A DNA stretch of 64,000 nucleotides from the NCBI GenBank assembly GCA_031431195.1, contig JANPCU010000176.1, forward strand, positions 6,131 to 70,130, written 5' to 3'. The stretch is from Planctomycetota bacterium. GTDB lineage: Bacteria > Planctomycetota > Planctomycetia > Planctomycetales > Planctomycetaceae. This document shows, one piece after another, positions 27,901 through 36,329 of this stretch. The notes under the pieces were generated by a model. That model did no database searches. It was not told the DNA's origin and saw only the letters and a program-made list of their open reading frames with translations. Within the stretch, counting starts at the first letter, position 1, and every line of letters begins with the position of its first letter. A program made the translations under genes and the position numbers.

Positions 27901-30652
27901 GCATCAGGTCGATGCGGTCTGGCGGGGGATGAGTGCGGGGAACACACTGCTGGCTCATACAGTCGGGGCGGGTAAGACGTTCACGATGGCTGCCACCGGC
28001 ATGAAGATGAAGCAGGCGGGCCTCATTCAGAAGCCGATGTATGTCGTCCCCAATCACCTGCTGGAGCAGTTCTCCCGCGAGTTCATGCAACTCTATCCGA
28101 ACGCCCATTTGCTGGTCGCAGCCAAGGAAGACCTGACGCGGGATCGTCGCAAATTCCTGACCGCGAAGATCGCCAGCGGTCAGTGGGACGGCATCATCGT
28201 GACTCACAGCAGCTTCGAGCGGATCGGCATGTCCCGCGGATATCAGGAGAAATTCCTGCTCGAACAGATTGAGAGTTACGACCAGTTGCTGTGCGAGTAC
28301 GCCGGTCAGCGGGGTCAGCACCGCAACCTCATCAAGACCATCGAGAAGCAGAAAGCAGGGCGAGCCGAACGCCTCAAGAACCTTCTGGCCGAAGACAAGA
28401 AGGACGACGGGCTGGTGTTCGACGAACTGGGGGTCGATCATCTCTTTGTCGACGAAGCGCAGTCGTTCAAGAATCTGGAGACGCCGACCAAGATGGATCG
28501 GGTGGCAGGCATTCAGACGGGTGGCTCGGAGCGGGCATTCGATCTCTTACTGAAATCGCAATATCTCAGCGAGCAACATCCGGGGCATGGAGTCACGTTT
28601 GCGACGGGAACACCGATCTCGAACACGATGGTCGAGATGTACACGATGCAGCGGTTCCTCGACCCCGCTGGCTTACGCAGCCGGGGGATCGAGCATTTTG
28701 ATGCGTGGGCGGCGACATTTGGGGAAGTCGTCGAGACGCTGGAACTCTCCCCCGATGGAGCGGGGTTGCGTCCCCGCAGCCGCTTCGCCCGCTTCACGAA
28801 TCTGCCCGAGCTGCAACAGATGTTCCGTGCGTTTTCGGATGTGCAAACGGCGGAGATGCTTGATCTGCCGCGTCCTCACCTGGAAGGCGACAAGGCTCAC
28901 ATCGTCGCCTGTCCAATGTCGCCCCAGCAGGTCGCGTTGCAGAAGCAACTGGTCGAACGCTACGAACGCATTCGCAATGAACGGGTCGATCCGCGTGAAG
29001 ACAACGCTCTGGCGATCACCACCGATGGTCGCAAACTGGCGACCGATGCGCGAATGCTCTCTGCCAACGCTCCGGACTTTCCCGAATCGAAAGTCAATCG
29101 GCTCGTGGAGAACGTCGTCGAGGTTTGGAAACGCACCGCAGCCACTCGCGGCACGCAGATGGTGTTTTCTGATCTCGGCATCAACCCGACGCCGTGGGGA
29201 TATTCGCTCTATGATGAGGTGATTGAAAAACTCGTCGCAGGTGGAATCCCGCGTGACCAAATCGCGGCGATGGGGGACGCCGAATCGGATGCCAAGAAAC
29301 AAGCCCTGTTCGAGCGAGTGCGAAACGGCTCGGTGCGGGTACTGCTCGGCAGCACGCAGAAGATGGGGACCGGGACGAATGTGCAGAAGCGGCTGGTCGC
29401 ATTGCATCATCTCGATGCTCCGTGGAAACCCGCCGAGGTCGAACAGCGTGAAGGCCGAATTTTGCGACAGGGGAACGAGAACGCCGAGGTGTCGATCTAT
29501 CGTTACGTGACCGCTGGTTCGTTCGATGCCTACATGTGGCAGGCCCTGGAAACCAAGGCGAAATTCATCTCGCAGGTGATGAGCGGCCACAACGCCACCC
29601 GTCGCGCCGATGACATCGGCGGACAGGAACTCTCGTATGCGGAAGTCAAAGCCATCGCCTCGGGCAACCCAGCTGTGCTGACCCTCGCCGAAGCCGACGC
29701 CGATCTTCAGCGGTTACACATCCTCAAGAAGAATCACCTCGATGAACAGTTCGTCGCCCGCCGGAATATCCGCGATCTGCCGACAACGATCAGCCGACTC
29801 ACCGAGCAACTGGCCAATCTGTCCACAGATGCCGCCACCCTCGCGCAGCACGCCGATGATCCGCTCGTGATCGCTGGCCGAACATGCCTTCCTGATGAAG
29901 CCATGAAAATGTTGACCAGCTCGCTGAATAGAATCCCCGAACGGGTGCGAGAGACTACCCGCGTGCCGCTGGGAACCTACCGTGGTCTCCGCTTCGGATT
30001 GGTTTTGCACACGAATCAATCCTCCGAGGTCTTCCTGGAAGGGGCGACTTCGCAGCACGCAGGATTATCTCGCGATCACCACGGCCCGCGAGCGATTTTG
30101 AATGCTCTGGAACGAATCACCAGCGAGACACGCAACGACTGCCAGAAACTGGAGCAGCACCTGTCGCTCGCACAAACCCAACTCCAAGACTACCAGTCCC
30201 GCCTCGGAAATGTGTTCGTCCATGCGTCCTACCTCGATGAACTCACCGACCTCCGCGATCAACTCAAAGTTCTTCTGTCCCACACGAATCACACTTCCAC
30301 GGACGAGACCAATCAGGCGGCAACCGATGGCTCACCCGCAACTCCCGAGCCACCGACCGTCTCCGACATCGCAGCCAGAATCAAATCCCTCAAAGCCAGT
30401 CACGCCTTCGAATCCACTCCGCACCGCTCCGTCTCGCAACCCTCCACCGCCGAAGAACCCGTCACCACTCGCATCCGCCGCAAGACATCCATCCAACCGG
30501 CGTCCACTGGTCCAGAAACGACGCTCAGCGTTTCCGCCGCCAAAGTACCTCACCAAACTCACGAACCCGATCTTGCCCCCGTTCTCACCAGCTTCCAACA
30601 ACGCACCCTCCACCAACGCTCCCGCCCCGATCAAGCCCAAACTCCCGCCTGA
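24965..30652 (+). CDS. Giant N6-adenine DNA methyltransferase / SNF2-type helicase fusion typical of conjugative elements (true start probably after 25397)
   Basis: GEKSKARDLIAAIRTLQFIEQEHRPAT, motif I ILEPGCGIGNF, motif IV VVGNVPFAD. Helicase motifs LLAHTVGAGKTFTM and LFVDEAQSFKN, and the C-lobe GTGTNVQKRLVALHHLDAPWKPAEVEQREGRILRQGN. The first ~145 codons are Ala/Gly/Arg/Thr-rich shadow-like sequence overlapping 25080..25397. Confidence 0.85.
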   Translation: MSMRRKPPHKDQKSLFSLDNDSRAVNHPAAPQSTEDTPHAVQNDHSRTPAATAVAARTVTEERHAVGDTERTSVTTAGAASGVVGGVAGSDTGERTEPAHCNGVRTGPSGVGDESGDRLAASGSRTALPRRRDEVPPSSFVARVAPQRYSRSLFDPPSNQIAKPAPAAVTQNRPTIATTTGSARTLEPLASDSPPAIPLIASGEKSKARDLIAAIRTLQFIEQEHRPATADERNTLARFAGFGPVALSLFPDPVTGRFKDEGWRSLGEELQGLLTSEEYDSAKRTTFNAFYTSPTVITAIHEAIGRLGIPDGATILEPGCGIGNFMSYGQPGQRFIGIEMDAISGRIAKACHPQHDIRIENFRDTNLPTNRIDAVVGNVPFADLKLDHRGQKLALHDYFFAKSMDALRPGGVIGLVTSRFTLDKQNAAVRDLLAEQADFVGAIRLPSDAFKREGTAVVTDIVFLRKRVPGEPARPVDPDWLQTAPLRIEGHDFPINRYFINHPEMVLGTLSRQDTLYGSEGFSVVGSGNLQSDLQRAIQQLPKFEPIKVTAESHTAAPAFVPPPAERHVSEGSFFVNQQRVVHQVTEGQGVPVVYGGTTLRADGTMTGQRISALIELRDQARRVLQSQNEGWPVEPRDQARTDLNRTYDRFVRAYGPINHTTFGHTKDGTVIRRMPNLVKFREDPDAMLVMSLEDYDDATGRATKAAILLRDVVGKIPPVTHVPTAEAGLLVSLNQRGRVELEFIRQLYGKSEPEIIEELGDLIYCDPVSKAWETADVYLSGNVRAKLATAAIAVPEYARNAAALRAVQPDDVLPGEIDANLGAPWIPATDVQAFAADLFHVDPSSVPVGHLMQDAVWNVEPDYRAERSVAATSDYGTARANGTWLLGLALNMKSPTIYDTLHDGTREVKTVNQTETLAAREKQKLIKEKFRAWVFTDSDRTERLVRLYNDTYNNLRPRQFDGSHLDFPGLNQTLSLRPHQVDAVWRGMSAGNTLLAHTVGAGKTFTMAATGMKMKQAGLIQKPMYVVPNHLLEQFSREFMQLYPNAHLLVAAKEDLTRDRRKFLTAKIASGQWDGIIVTHSSFERIGMSRGYQEKFLLEQIESYDQLLCEYAGQRGQHRNLIKTIEKQKAGRAERLKNLLAEDKKDDGLVFDELGVDHLFVDEAQSFKNLETPTKMDRVAGIQTGGSERAFDLLLKSQYLSEQHPGHGVTFATGTPISNTMVEMYTMQRFLDPAGLRSRGIEHFDAWAATFGEVVETLELSPDGAGLRPRSRFARFTNLPELQQMFRAFSDVQTAEMLDLPRPHLEGDKAHIVACPMSPQQVALQKQLVERYERIRNERVDPREDNALAITTDGRKLATDARMLSANAPDFPESKVNRLVENVVEVWKRTAATRGTQMVFSDLGINPTPWGYSLYDEVIEKLVAGGIPRDQIAAMGDAESDAKKQALFERVRNGSVRVLLGSTQKMGTGTNVQKRLVALHHLDAPWKPAEVEQREGRILRQGNENAEVSIYRYVTAGSFDAYMWQALETKAKFISQVMSGHNATRRADDIGGQELSYAEVKAIASGNPAVLTLAEADADLQRLHILKKNHLDEQFVARRNIRDLPTTISRLTEQLANLSTDAATLAQHADDPLVIAGRTCLPDEAMKMLTSSLNRIPERVRETTRVPLGTYRGLRFGLVLHTNQSSEVFLEGATSQHAGLSRDHHGPRAILNALERITSETRNDCQKLEQHLSLAQTQLQDYQSRLGNVFVHASYLDELTDLRDQLKVLLSHTNHTSTDETNQAATDGSPATPEPPTVSDIAARIKSLKASHAFESTPHRSVSQPSTAEEPVTTRIRRKTSIQPASTGPETTLSVSAAKVPHQTHEPDLAPVLTSFQQRTLHQRSRPDQAQTPA
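25080..25397 (+). CDS. Small helical hypothetical protein (105 aa)
   Basis: MQYKTIILELLRQQRSLHERLRKSDTLLETLNEQALRLRERHLEWLAVLLE... is clearly more protein-like than the overlapping frame of the giant ORF. Confidence 0.6.
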   Translation: MQYKTIILELLRQQRSLHERLRKSDTLLETLNEQALRLRERHLEWLAVLLEATPGSEPSQLTAMAFELARAEWETSLATDSLPADLEPLCLDDAMKFLHRHSSPE

Positions 30653-31014
30653 CTCCACCCGGCCCTCGGCCTCCGTGGGTCGGGTCTCCCCTCCGAATCG
30701 AACCCTGTTCGTTCGCCCCAAGCCACGCATTTTGGCGGACGGAACAAAACCTTCCCCAAACGGGGAACGGGCGGTCCAGGACTGGCCCGCAGGAGGGCAC
30801 CGCTCTGCACAAGCGAGTCCCCGAGCGCGGAAGAGTGGGAGGCAGCCCAGCGGCCAGCGCGGCCCCGATCCTAGACCGCCCGTGGGGTGTCCCCCCGCTT
30901 CATGCCGTCAGGCGAACAACAGCGCCGCAGGCGACCGAATGTCAGGCCAAAGGCCGCAGCACCAGCGAGCCGCAAGGGGCGTCTCGCCGTTCCTCGCAGA
31001 GAACCGATTTTTTC

Positions 31015-31043
31015 TTGACATCAACACATCACAAATGTACGAT
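31015..31043 (+). promoter_or_regulatory. Sigma70-type promoter TTGACA-N17-TACGAT, predicting a leaderless or near-leaderless mRNA
   Basis: TTGACA 31015-31020, a 17-nt spacer, and TACGAT 31038-31043. ATG 31049 begins 6 nt after the -10 element. A T-tract lies upstream (31008-31013). Confidence 0.5.
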
Positions 31044-31048
31044 GAGAA

Positions 31049-31366
31049 ATGGATGAGAAAGAACCCCCAAAGGGAAAGCCCCCACCACTTGACGAGTCGC
31101 CGCTCGCAAGGTTGGCGGATTTGTTCGGATTGATCGGAGGGCTGCATGAGCAAGAAAAGATTTCGCTCGACGAACGCAATGACCTATTGTCCAGAATCTA
31201 TGACAAGCTCCTTCAAGAGTCGTTTCCAAGAACACAGTTCACTAATCCTGGGCAGTCTCTGTACACAGCAACTGCTATCGTCGATGCGATCACCGCAAGC
31301 ACGATACGCCAAATAACCCAAATGCATCCTGGAATCATCATTGGCACGCTTCCCCTCCACCGCTGA
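31049..31366 (+). CDS. Operon gene 1: small hypothetical protein (105 aa)
   Basis: First ORF of the AT-richer four-gene operon. No motif recognised. Confidence 0.6.
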   Translation: MDEKEPPKGKPPPLDESPLARLADLFGLIGGLHEQEKISLDERNDLLSRIYDKLLQESFPRTQFTNPGQSLYTATAIVDAITASTIRQITQMHPGIIIGTLPLHR

Positions 31367-31384
31367 CCTGAAGCAACTAAATCA

Positions 31385-32476
31385 ATGTCTCCAACTGAAG
31401 TGGCCATTGGCATCGGAAGCACGCACCTGTCAAGCAGCGCATATGTGCTCAACATTGGGACTGGCGAGCTATACAAAGTAGATGGAAGGTCATTAAACAA
31501 GCATGCGATTCAAGAGAATGAATTCACCTCTCGCCTTCTGACGCTATACTCGGACCTAAACCGATTGACCACGTACGCTGGCTTCGACTTGCGGCAATGC
31601 ACTGGACATGTCACCATAAGCCTCCCGGGTGTTGCGTTGCCAAACCAACAGCGGAGCGCCCTTGTTCATTCTCAGAGTGTCTTTCGAGGCCCTCGGGTCG
31701 GCATCTCGATTCTTGACGACACGTGGGCTACCTACTATGCAGAGTCTCTCTCAATGACTGGGATCAGCGCAATCGCTGGAGTTGGAGCATCCGTGTGCAT
31801 AGCGGATCAGGGTTTTCGTCTACATGAAAACTACAAAATGGATGGCTGGGGTCCAGTGATCGGTGATTTCGGAAGTGCCTTTGATATTTCTGTGAACTAC
31901 TTCCGAACGTTAAACCGCAAAAAGGACTCAACGCCAGAAGTCAACTGCACCATTTTCCCATTGATCAAAGAGCTATTCTCGAAAACGGATTTTGTTCTCA
32001 GTTCGCCATCTCATGTGCAGAATTGGTGTGATGGCGTGGCTGCGAGCGTTGGATCTGAGTGGCGGGCACCATTTTCGCTGACAGCAAAGGCGATATCGTA
32101 TGCGGCGGATGCACCAATGGGAACAAACAGCGATGCGAGGACTCTCATCATAGATGCGGCAGCACGTTTTTCTGAGACGGTCGTCTTGGCTGTAAAGAGA
32201 GCCTTGTCATTCGATGTTGCACCGAAGAGCATCGTAATACACGGTGAAATGATTTCTTGGTCTTGCTTGTACACGGATGTGCTCAAGAGTAGGGTGTATT
32301 CACAAGTTGGAGTTCCGCTGGTATACTCCAGATTCGGACCTGCCATTGGCGCTCTCCTTTGGTCTTGCTTTCGCGACAATGTAGAATGCCTTCCCGATCG
32401 AATTCACCTCCGGAACCCCGATGCGATTGATCTCGAGTATCTCCAATCGGTCAGGACTAGGGCACTAGAGATGTAG
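31385..32476 (+). CDS. Operon gene 2: ASKHA-fold ATPase of the BadF/BadG/BcrA/BcrD / N-acetylglucosamine-kinase-like type, with a degenerate phosphate-1 motif
   Basis: VAIGIGSTHL (compare GIDGGGTKT), ILDDTWATYY, ISAIAGVGASVCI (compare iaGTGS), MDGWGPVIGDFGSAFDI (compare GGWGxllGDeGSg), IVIHGEM. 18-bp gap after gene 1. Confidence 0.65.
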   Translation: MSPTEVAIGIGSTHLSSSAYVLNIGTGELYKVDGRSLNKHAIQENEFTSRLLTLYSDLNRLTTYAGFDLRQCTGHVTISLPGVALPNQQRSALVHSQSVFRGPRVGISILDDTWATYYAESLSMTGISAIAGVGASVCIADQGFRLHENYKMDGWGPVIGDFGSAFDISVNYFRTLNRKKDSTPEVNCTIFPLIKELFSKTDFVLSSPSHVQNWCDGVAASVGSEWRAPFSLTAKAISYAADAPMGTNSDARTLIIDAAARFSETVVLAVKRALSFDVAPKSIVIHGEMISWSCLYTDVLKSRVYSQVGVPLVYSRFGPAIGALLWSCFRDNVECLPDRIHLRNPDAIDLEYLQSVRTRALEM

Positions 32477-32503
32477 GCATCGCTATCAGCATAGGAGCTA
32501 CGC

Positions 32504-34450
32504 ATGAATTCTCCAAAATCTTCAGGGAACTCCGAACTTGCTAAGCGAGCGTTTGGAAGCAATGACTTACAGACGCTTACGGCTTCAATGCTGACTGACA
32601 AGAAGGTACTTCGTAGGCTCTACGCGAGAGTATCCGACACTGCTTCGAGATACGATATGGCTATTCAGATGTTCTCATTTTTGCCGAGCAACAACTTGTG
32701 TGTGCTTCTGGATTTTGATGTCATTCATTCTTACATCACTCCAGAAAAAGACCGTCTGGATGATCGTGAAAGCATGGAACAGGCTGCACATATAGCTCAC
32801 TTTTTTGAAAGAGCGACGGTTCCCTACCAACTTGCTCATGGAGCCGTTCGTGATCTACGGCGATTCTTGGTTAGATACAGCCCCTTCGTCAACTTGTCAA
32901 CAGAAGAGGAATGCGACAGTCTGCTGCAACAGATTATGGATATTACCAAGAAGAGCGTTAAGGAAGTCGACGTTGTAAATGAGTATGAAGAGTGGAAGGC
33001 CGCTGTGGAAGCGTCGAAGCGAAGTGACTGCGTTGAGGATCGAGTGCTTGTCCGAAGATTACATACCGTGCTGTTTGGCTCGCCAGCCACACTGAGTCGA
33101 TTCCGTGGAGTGGTAGGGGGCTACAACGATGCGCTTGCGGTGCGTTTTGCTCGTTCGTTGGATGATCTGTTCCAGACAGAGAAGAAGCGCACTCGTCAAA
33201 GGCTTGGGCGTTCTTCTGACATCGAATCCCATCGACATAAGTTCCGTGCCGTTGAACGCAACGATGGGATCAATCTTGCCACAGCATGTCGGCTGAACAG
33301 TGATGCCAAGTCTTCTAACGATGAGTCAGAGCCACACTATGTGGTTCTCACTAAAAGGGAAGATGTTTACAATATTTCGTGCGATTATATCGACGATCCG
33401 CGGAACGATTGTGACTACCGATTTGCAATGCTGCCATCGCAAATGTATTGGCTAGACATCACCGGCTTCGTAAATTGGGGAGATGCTGTATGCGAGTCGG
33501 CGGAAGTATGCAAGGAGTCATTGAACGACCTGGCGAAATCATTACGAGTTCAAATGCGGAATGTAAATTACGGCGGAGCAGAATGGCTGCCTGTATCGCT
33601 ACGCAATGCAATGACACGATGGTCTTCCGAAGTAAATGCGTTTACCCTCCTAGACATTGAGCAGAGCGTTTCGGAGTCCAGATTCATACCATCCGGAGAT
33701 AAGGATTCACTTGAGTCAGAGAGCTTCTTTAAACTGCTGTTAAACATTCGTTCGATAGCGATCTCCGCGCCGATTCGTGCATTTGTGTCGCGAGCGAGTA
33801 TGGATAATGGTCGTGCTTCGTACGCGATATGCGATGATTCGCCCGGAAGGACAGGATGGCTATGCGATCTGATTGTAGGCGACAGCGGCAGGTGGACTGT
33901 ACTTTTTTCAGTGCATGGAAACTTCTTTTCATTTGTCAGAGCCTATGCAATGCTCATGTCGGAGTGCGATTCTCCTGCCGTAGCCGATCCAGTAGATGTG
34001 GTGTGTTGCGGCCCAGAGGGTCACTTTGAGGGAAATGGGATTCGTGTCACAACCTCCTATGGAGTACTTTGGTATGTCGTTTCTGGATCAGTGAGCACTA
34101 TTCCCAGCCGCATAGACTCTTTGTCAAAGCTTGCTGCCGAAGCTACCCAATTGCTGACAAGAGGTAGGGACACAGTGTCTGCCGCAACAGAGGAAAGACG
34201 CGAGATCGTACCGCGAGTCCTCTCAATTGCTGTTATTAGTGATCCGTATGAAGTGGAGTTCTCTCTCCAGCCATCCGATGGGGAAAATCGCAAGTTTTGT
34301 GTTCTTCGTGGTCGCGGGAAACTGCTGGGTAAGGTCGCGGCATTTGTTCATTTGTTGGGGGCCACATTGCTACCGGAGGAAACCCTTCAGGACATGCTTG
34401 CGTGCAGAGTGAATGGGAATCCGAAACCAAGAGGAGATCTCCATGATTGA
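32504..34450 (+). CDS. Operon gene 3: large orphan protein (648 aa), no confident domain; possible split PIN-like N-terminal region
   Basis: GGAG lies 6 nt upstream of ATG 32504. CVLLDFDVIHSYI and NDGINLATACRLNS...HYVVLTKREDV faintly resemble PIN motifs. Confidence 0.6.
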   Translation: MNSPKSSGNSELAKRAFGSNDLQTLTASMLTDKKVLRRLYARVSDTASRYDMAIQMFSFLPSNNLCVLLDFDVIHSYITPEKDRLDDRESMEQAAHIAHFFERATVPYQLAHGAVRDLRRFLVRYSPFVNLSTEEECDSLLQQIMDITKKSVKEVDVVNEYEEWKAAVEASKRSDCVEDRVLVRRLHTVLFGSPATLSRFRGVVGGYNDALAVRFARSLDDLFQTEKKRTRQRLGRSSDIESHRHKFRAVERNDGINLATACRLNSDAKSSNDESEPHYVVLTKREDVYNISCDYIDDPRNDCDYRFAMLPSQMYWLDITGFVNWGDAVCESAEVCKESLNDLAKSLRVQMRNVNYGGAEWLPVSLRNAMTRWSSEVNAFTLLDIEQSVSESRFIPSGDKDSLESESFFKLLLNIRSIAISAPIRAFVSRASMDNGRASYAICDDSPGRTGWLCDLIVGDSGRWTVLFSVHGNFFSFVRAYAMLMSECDSPAVADPVDVVCCGPEGHFEGNGIRVTTSYGVLWYVVSGSVSTIPSRIDSLSKLAAEATQLLTRGRDTVSAATEERREIVPRVLSIAVISDPYEVEFSLQPSDGENRKFCVLRGRGKLLGKVAAFVHLLGATLLPEETLQDMLACRVNGNPKPRGDLHD

Positions 34451-35921
34451 TCGAATCTGCCGAGTGGCGGGTGAAGTTACTCCACAGTCATTCGAGTCAC
34501 TCATGAGACTGCGTGATTGTGCTCATGCGAAGTCATGGACAATAAGTCATGATGGTGTCCGAGTAGATGTAGCGGTTACTGTTGGATCGTCATGCGACAG
34601 TTCTGCCGCTAACCCAAAATGCCCAAACGCGTTCTCTTCGGCTGTTTGCGTTTATGCAGTGAGAAGGCCCGTCAGTAACGCTGAGGGCGAACGCCGTAAT
34701 GCGATTGTTAGAGTCACACTTGGAGTAAGAGATGATGCCACGGTGGCATTTGTCGATCGCGGTGGTCAAGTGGTCAGGACAATATTGATAGAACTGTGTC
34801 CCGAAGGTCCGGTGCGCAATCAGAAGAATCTTAGTGTGTTTTCTCAGGCGTGTCAGATGACACATTGCGGAGACGGCGTGGCACGCGTTTCTGTCGTGGT
34901 CGAGGTGCTTGCTGAAGTCACGCTCAGAGAATCAAAGTATGGTAGCGTTACTGCCACGCACTATGTTGTCCACACGGTTGAGGACCGGCTGTTCGTCGAG
35001 TCACGGCATATTGGCACTGTGGTTACTCCAGCGAGCGTAATAATAGCGAGTAGAATGGACGAGCTTCAGAATGGAAGCTTGCCACGACACGCGATTGTGG
35101 ACTTGTCGTGGTTTGAGTGTGTACCAAACTATTTGCGTGTAGAGAGCAAGCAATACATGATGTCAGTAAAAGCGCTGGTTGATGAGTCAATGAATGTTCG
35201 AGAAGAAGTTGGGGGATTCTTGGTCTGGGGCAGGTCTGGAGTCGGGAAGACGAGCTTCTTTGTTGGTGCGTCTGAGAGCTTGTCGGGGGCGGAGTTGATT
35301 GACGGAAAGATCCAGGGATCTTGGGACGATAAATGGCAGAACCTGCAGAGATGTCTAAATGAAAAGCGACCTGTCATTTTGTTTGTGGACGAGGCGGATT
35401 GCGAGCCTGCCGACAAGCGATTCTTTCAGGTCTTGTTGGACAAGATTGACGATCTGGTGAAATCTGGTGTCCCTTCTCTGGTCGTTCTTGCTGGAAGCGC
35501 TGTTGGCGGAATGTCACAAATGGTCGCGAAAATCGAGAACTCGGATCGTGGAATCGACGTTCTGACGCGGCTAGCCAAGCGTGTGTCTATTCCTGATTTG
35601 AGTTCTACAGAGGTTGTTGTCGCATTCTGTTCCGCATTGTTCAGACATGCGAAGAAGGGTGGTGTGTCTCTATCTCAGTGTTTTGTCGAATGGCGTCTAG
35701 CCTTGGCTCTTGCGGGGCAAGGTTTTGAGAATCTCAGAGATGTAGATAGAATGGCTAAGGAGGTCGCTCTGGCGAAGCAAATGAGAGGCATTCCTTGGTC
35801 TGTGTCTTTGGCTGACGTTGAATCGCTGGGCGTATTGAAGGCAGATGTACTGGAGATAGCTAAGAGCAGAATAATCGTGGCCGAGTGGTGTGAACTTGTG
35901 TGGCATCGGACGAAGTCATAG
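34443..35921 (+). CDS. Operon gene 4: AAA+ ATPase (classic-clade-like) with a ~250-aa beta-rich N-terminal domain of unknown type
   Basis: Walker A FLVWGRSGVGKTS, Walker B PVILFVDEAD, and LVVLAGSAV...IDVLTRLAKRVSIPDLSSTE. ATG 34443 overlaps the gene 3 stop (ATGATTGA). The track uses GTG 34413. Confidence 0.75.
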   Translation: MIDRICRVAGEVTPQSFESLMRLRDCAHAKSWTISHDGVRVDVAVTVGSSCDSSAANPKCPNAFSSAVCVYAVRRPVSNAEGERRNAIVRVTLGVRDDATVAFVDRGGQVVRTILIELCPEGPVRNQKNLSVFSQACQMTHCGDGVARVSVVVEVLAEVTLRESKYGSVTATHYVVHTVEDRLFVESRHIGTVVTPASVIIASRMDELQNGSLPRHAIVDLSWFECVPNYLRVESKQYMMSVKALVDESMNVREEVGGFLVWGRSGVGKTSFFVGASESLSGAELIDGKIQGSWDDKWQNLQRCLNEKRPVILFVDEADCEPADKRFFQVLLDKIDDLVKSGVPSLVVLAGSAVGGMSQMVAKIENSDRGIDVLTRLAKRVSIPDLSSTEVVVAFCSALFRHAKKGGVSLSQCFVEWRLALALAGQGFENLRDVDRMAKEVALAKQMRGIPWSVSLADVESLGVLKADVLEIAKSRIIVAEWCELVWHRTKS

Positions 35922-36065
35922 ATGGGCGTGGTGAATAATGCCCAAACAAAAGGGGTTGTTTGCACTGCTCCTGCCTCCCTGCCACTTCCGAATCCTGTTG
36001 ACACGTCCCTCCCGTTGTGGCACTCCTGACTCGAAACGGGTGGTCACAGCAAACAGGGAGGTTGT

Positions 36066-36329
36066 ATGGAAAATGGTCGAGGGGTTCAGACATGGCGGGG
36101 GCAGATTGATTCGTCGGGGCGGTTGTTGATTCCGGCGGAGTCGCGGGCGGCGATGGGGTGGGAACGGGGGACCGATGTCGTGCTGGAGTCGGATGGCGAC
36201 AGCTTGCGGGTGCTGACGCTGGACCAGTTCACGCGCGAGGTACAGTCGATGTTTGGGCGGGTCGTGCCGGGTGAGCCGCTGTGGTCGGACGGTCTGGTAG
36301 AGGCTCGGAAACGCGAGGGCGAACAGTGA
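36066..36329 (+). CDS. vapB: AbrB/SpoVT/MazE-type antitoxin (VapB-like)
   Basis: GQIDSSGRLLIPAESRAAMGWERGTDVVLESDGDSLRV (swapped-hairpin pattern). GGGAGG lies 5 nt before the ATG. Confidence 0.8.
   Translation: MENGRGVQTWRGQIDSSGRLLIPAESRAAMGWERGTDVVLESDGDSLRVLTLDQFTREVQSMFGRVVPGEPLWSDGLVEARKREGEQ

Noticed and set aside
30672-30705. GGGTTCGATTCGG (minus strand), resembling a tRNA T-loop, examined as a possible integration-target tRNA
   Set aside because: The flanking bases do not form a T-stem or acceptor stem, and no cloverleaf can be drawn. The GAATCGTTCGATTC palindrome at about 11499-11512 fails for the same reason.
30102-31133. 343-aa Pro/Ser/Arg-rich plus-strand ORF overlapping the 3' end of the MTase/helicase gene
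   Set aside because: Out-of-frame shadow of the giant ORF, continuing into GC-rich non-coding DNA. No motifs.
35997-36030. TTGACA at 35997 as a promoter for vapB-vapC-recombinase
   Set aside because: No acceptable -10 hexamer lies at 16-19 nt spacing (CACTCC/ACTCCT).
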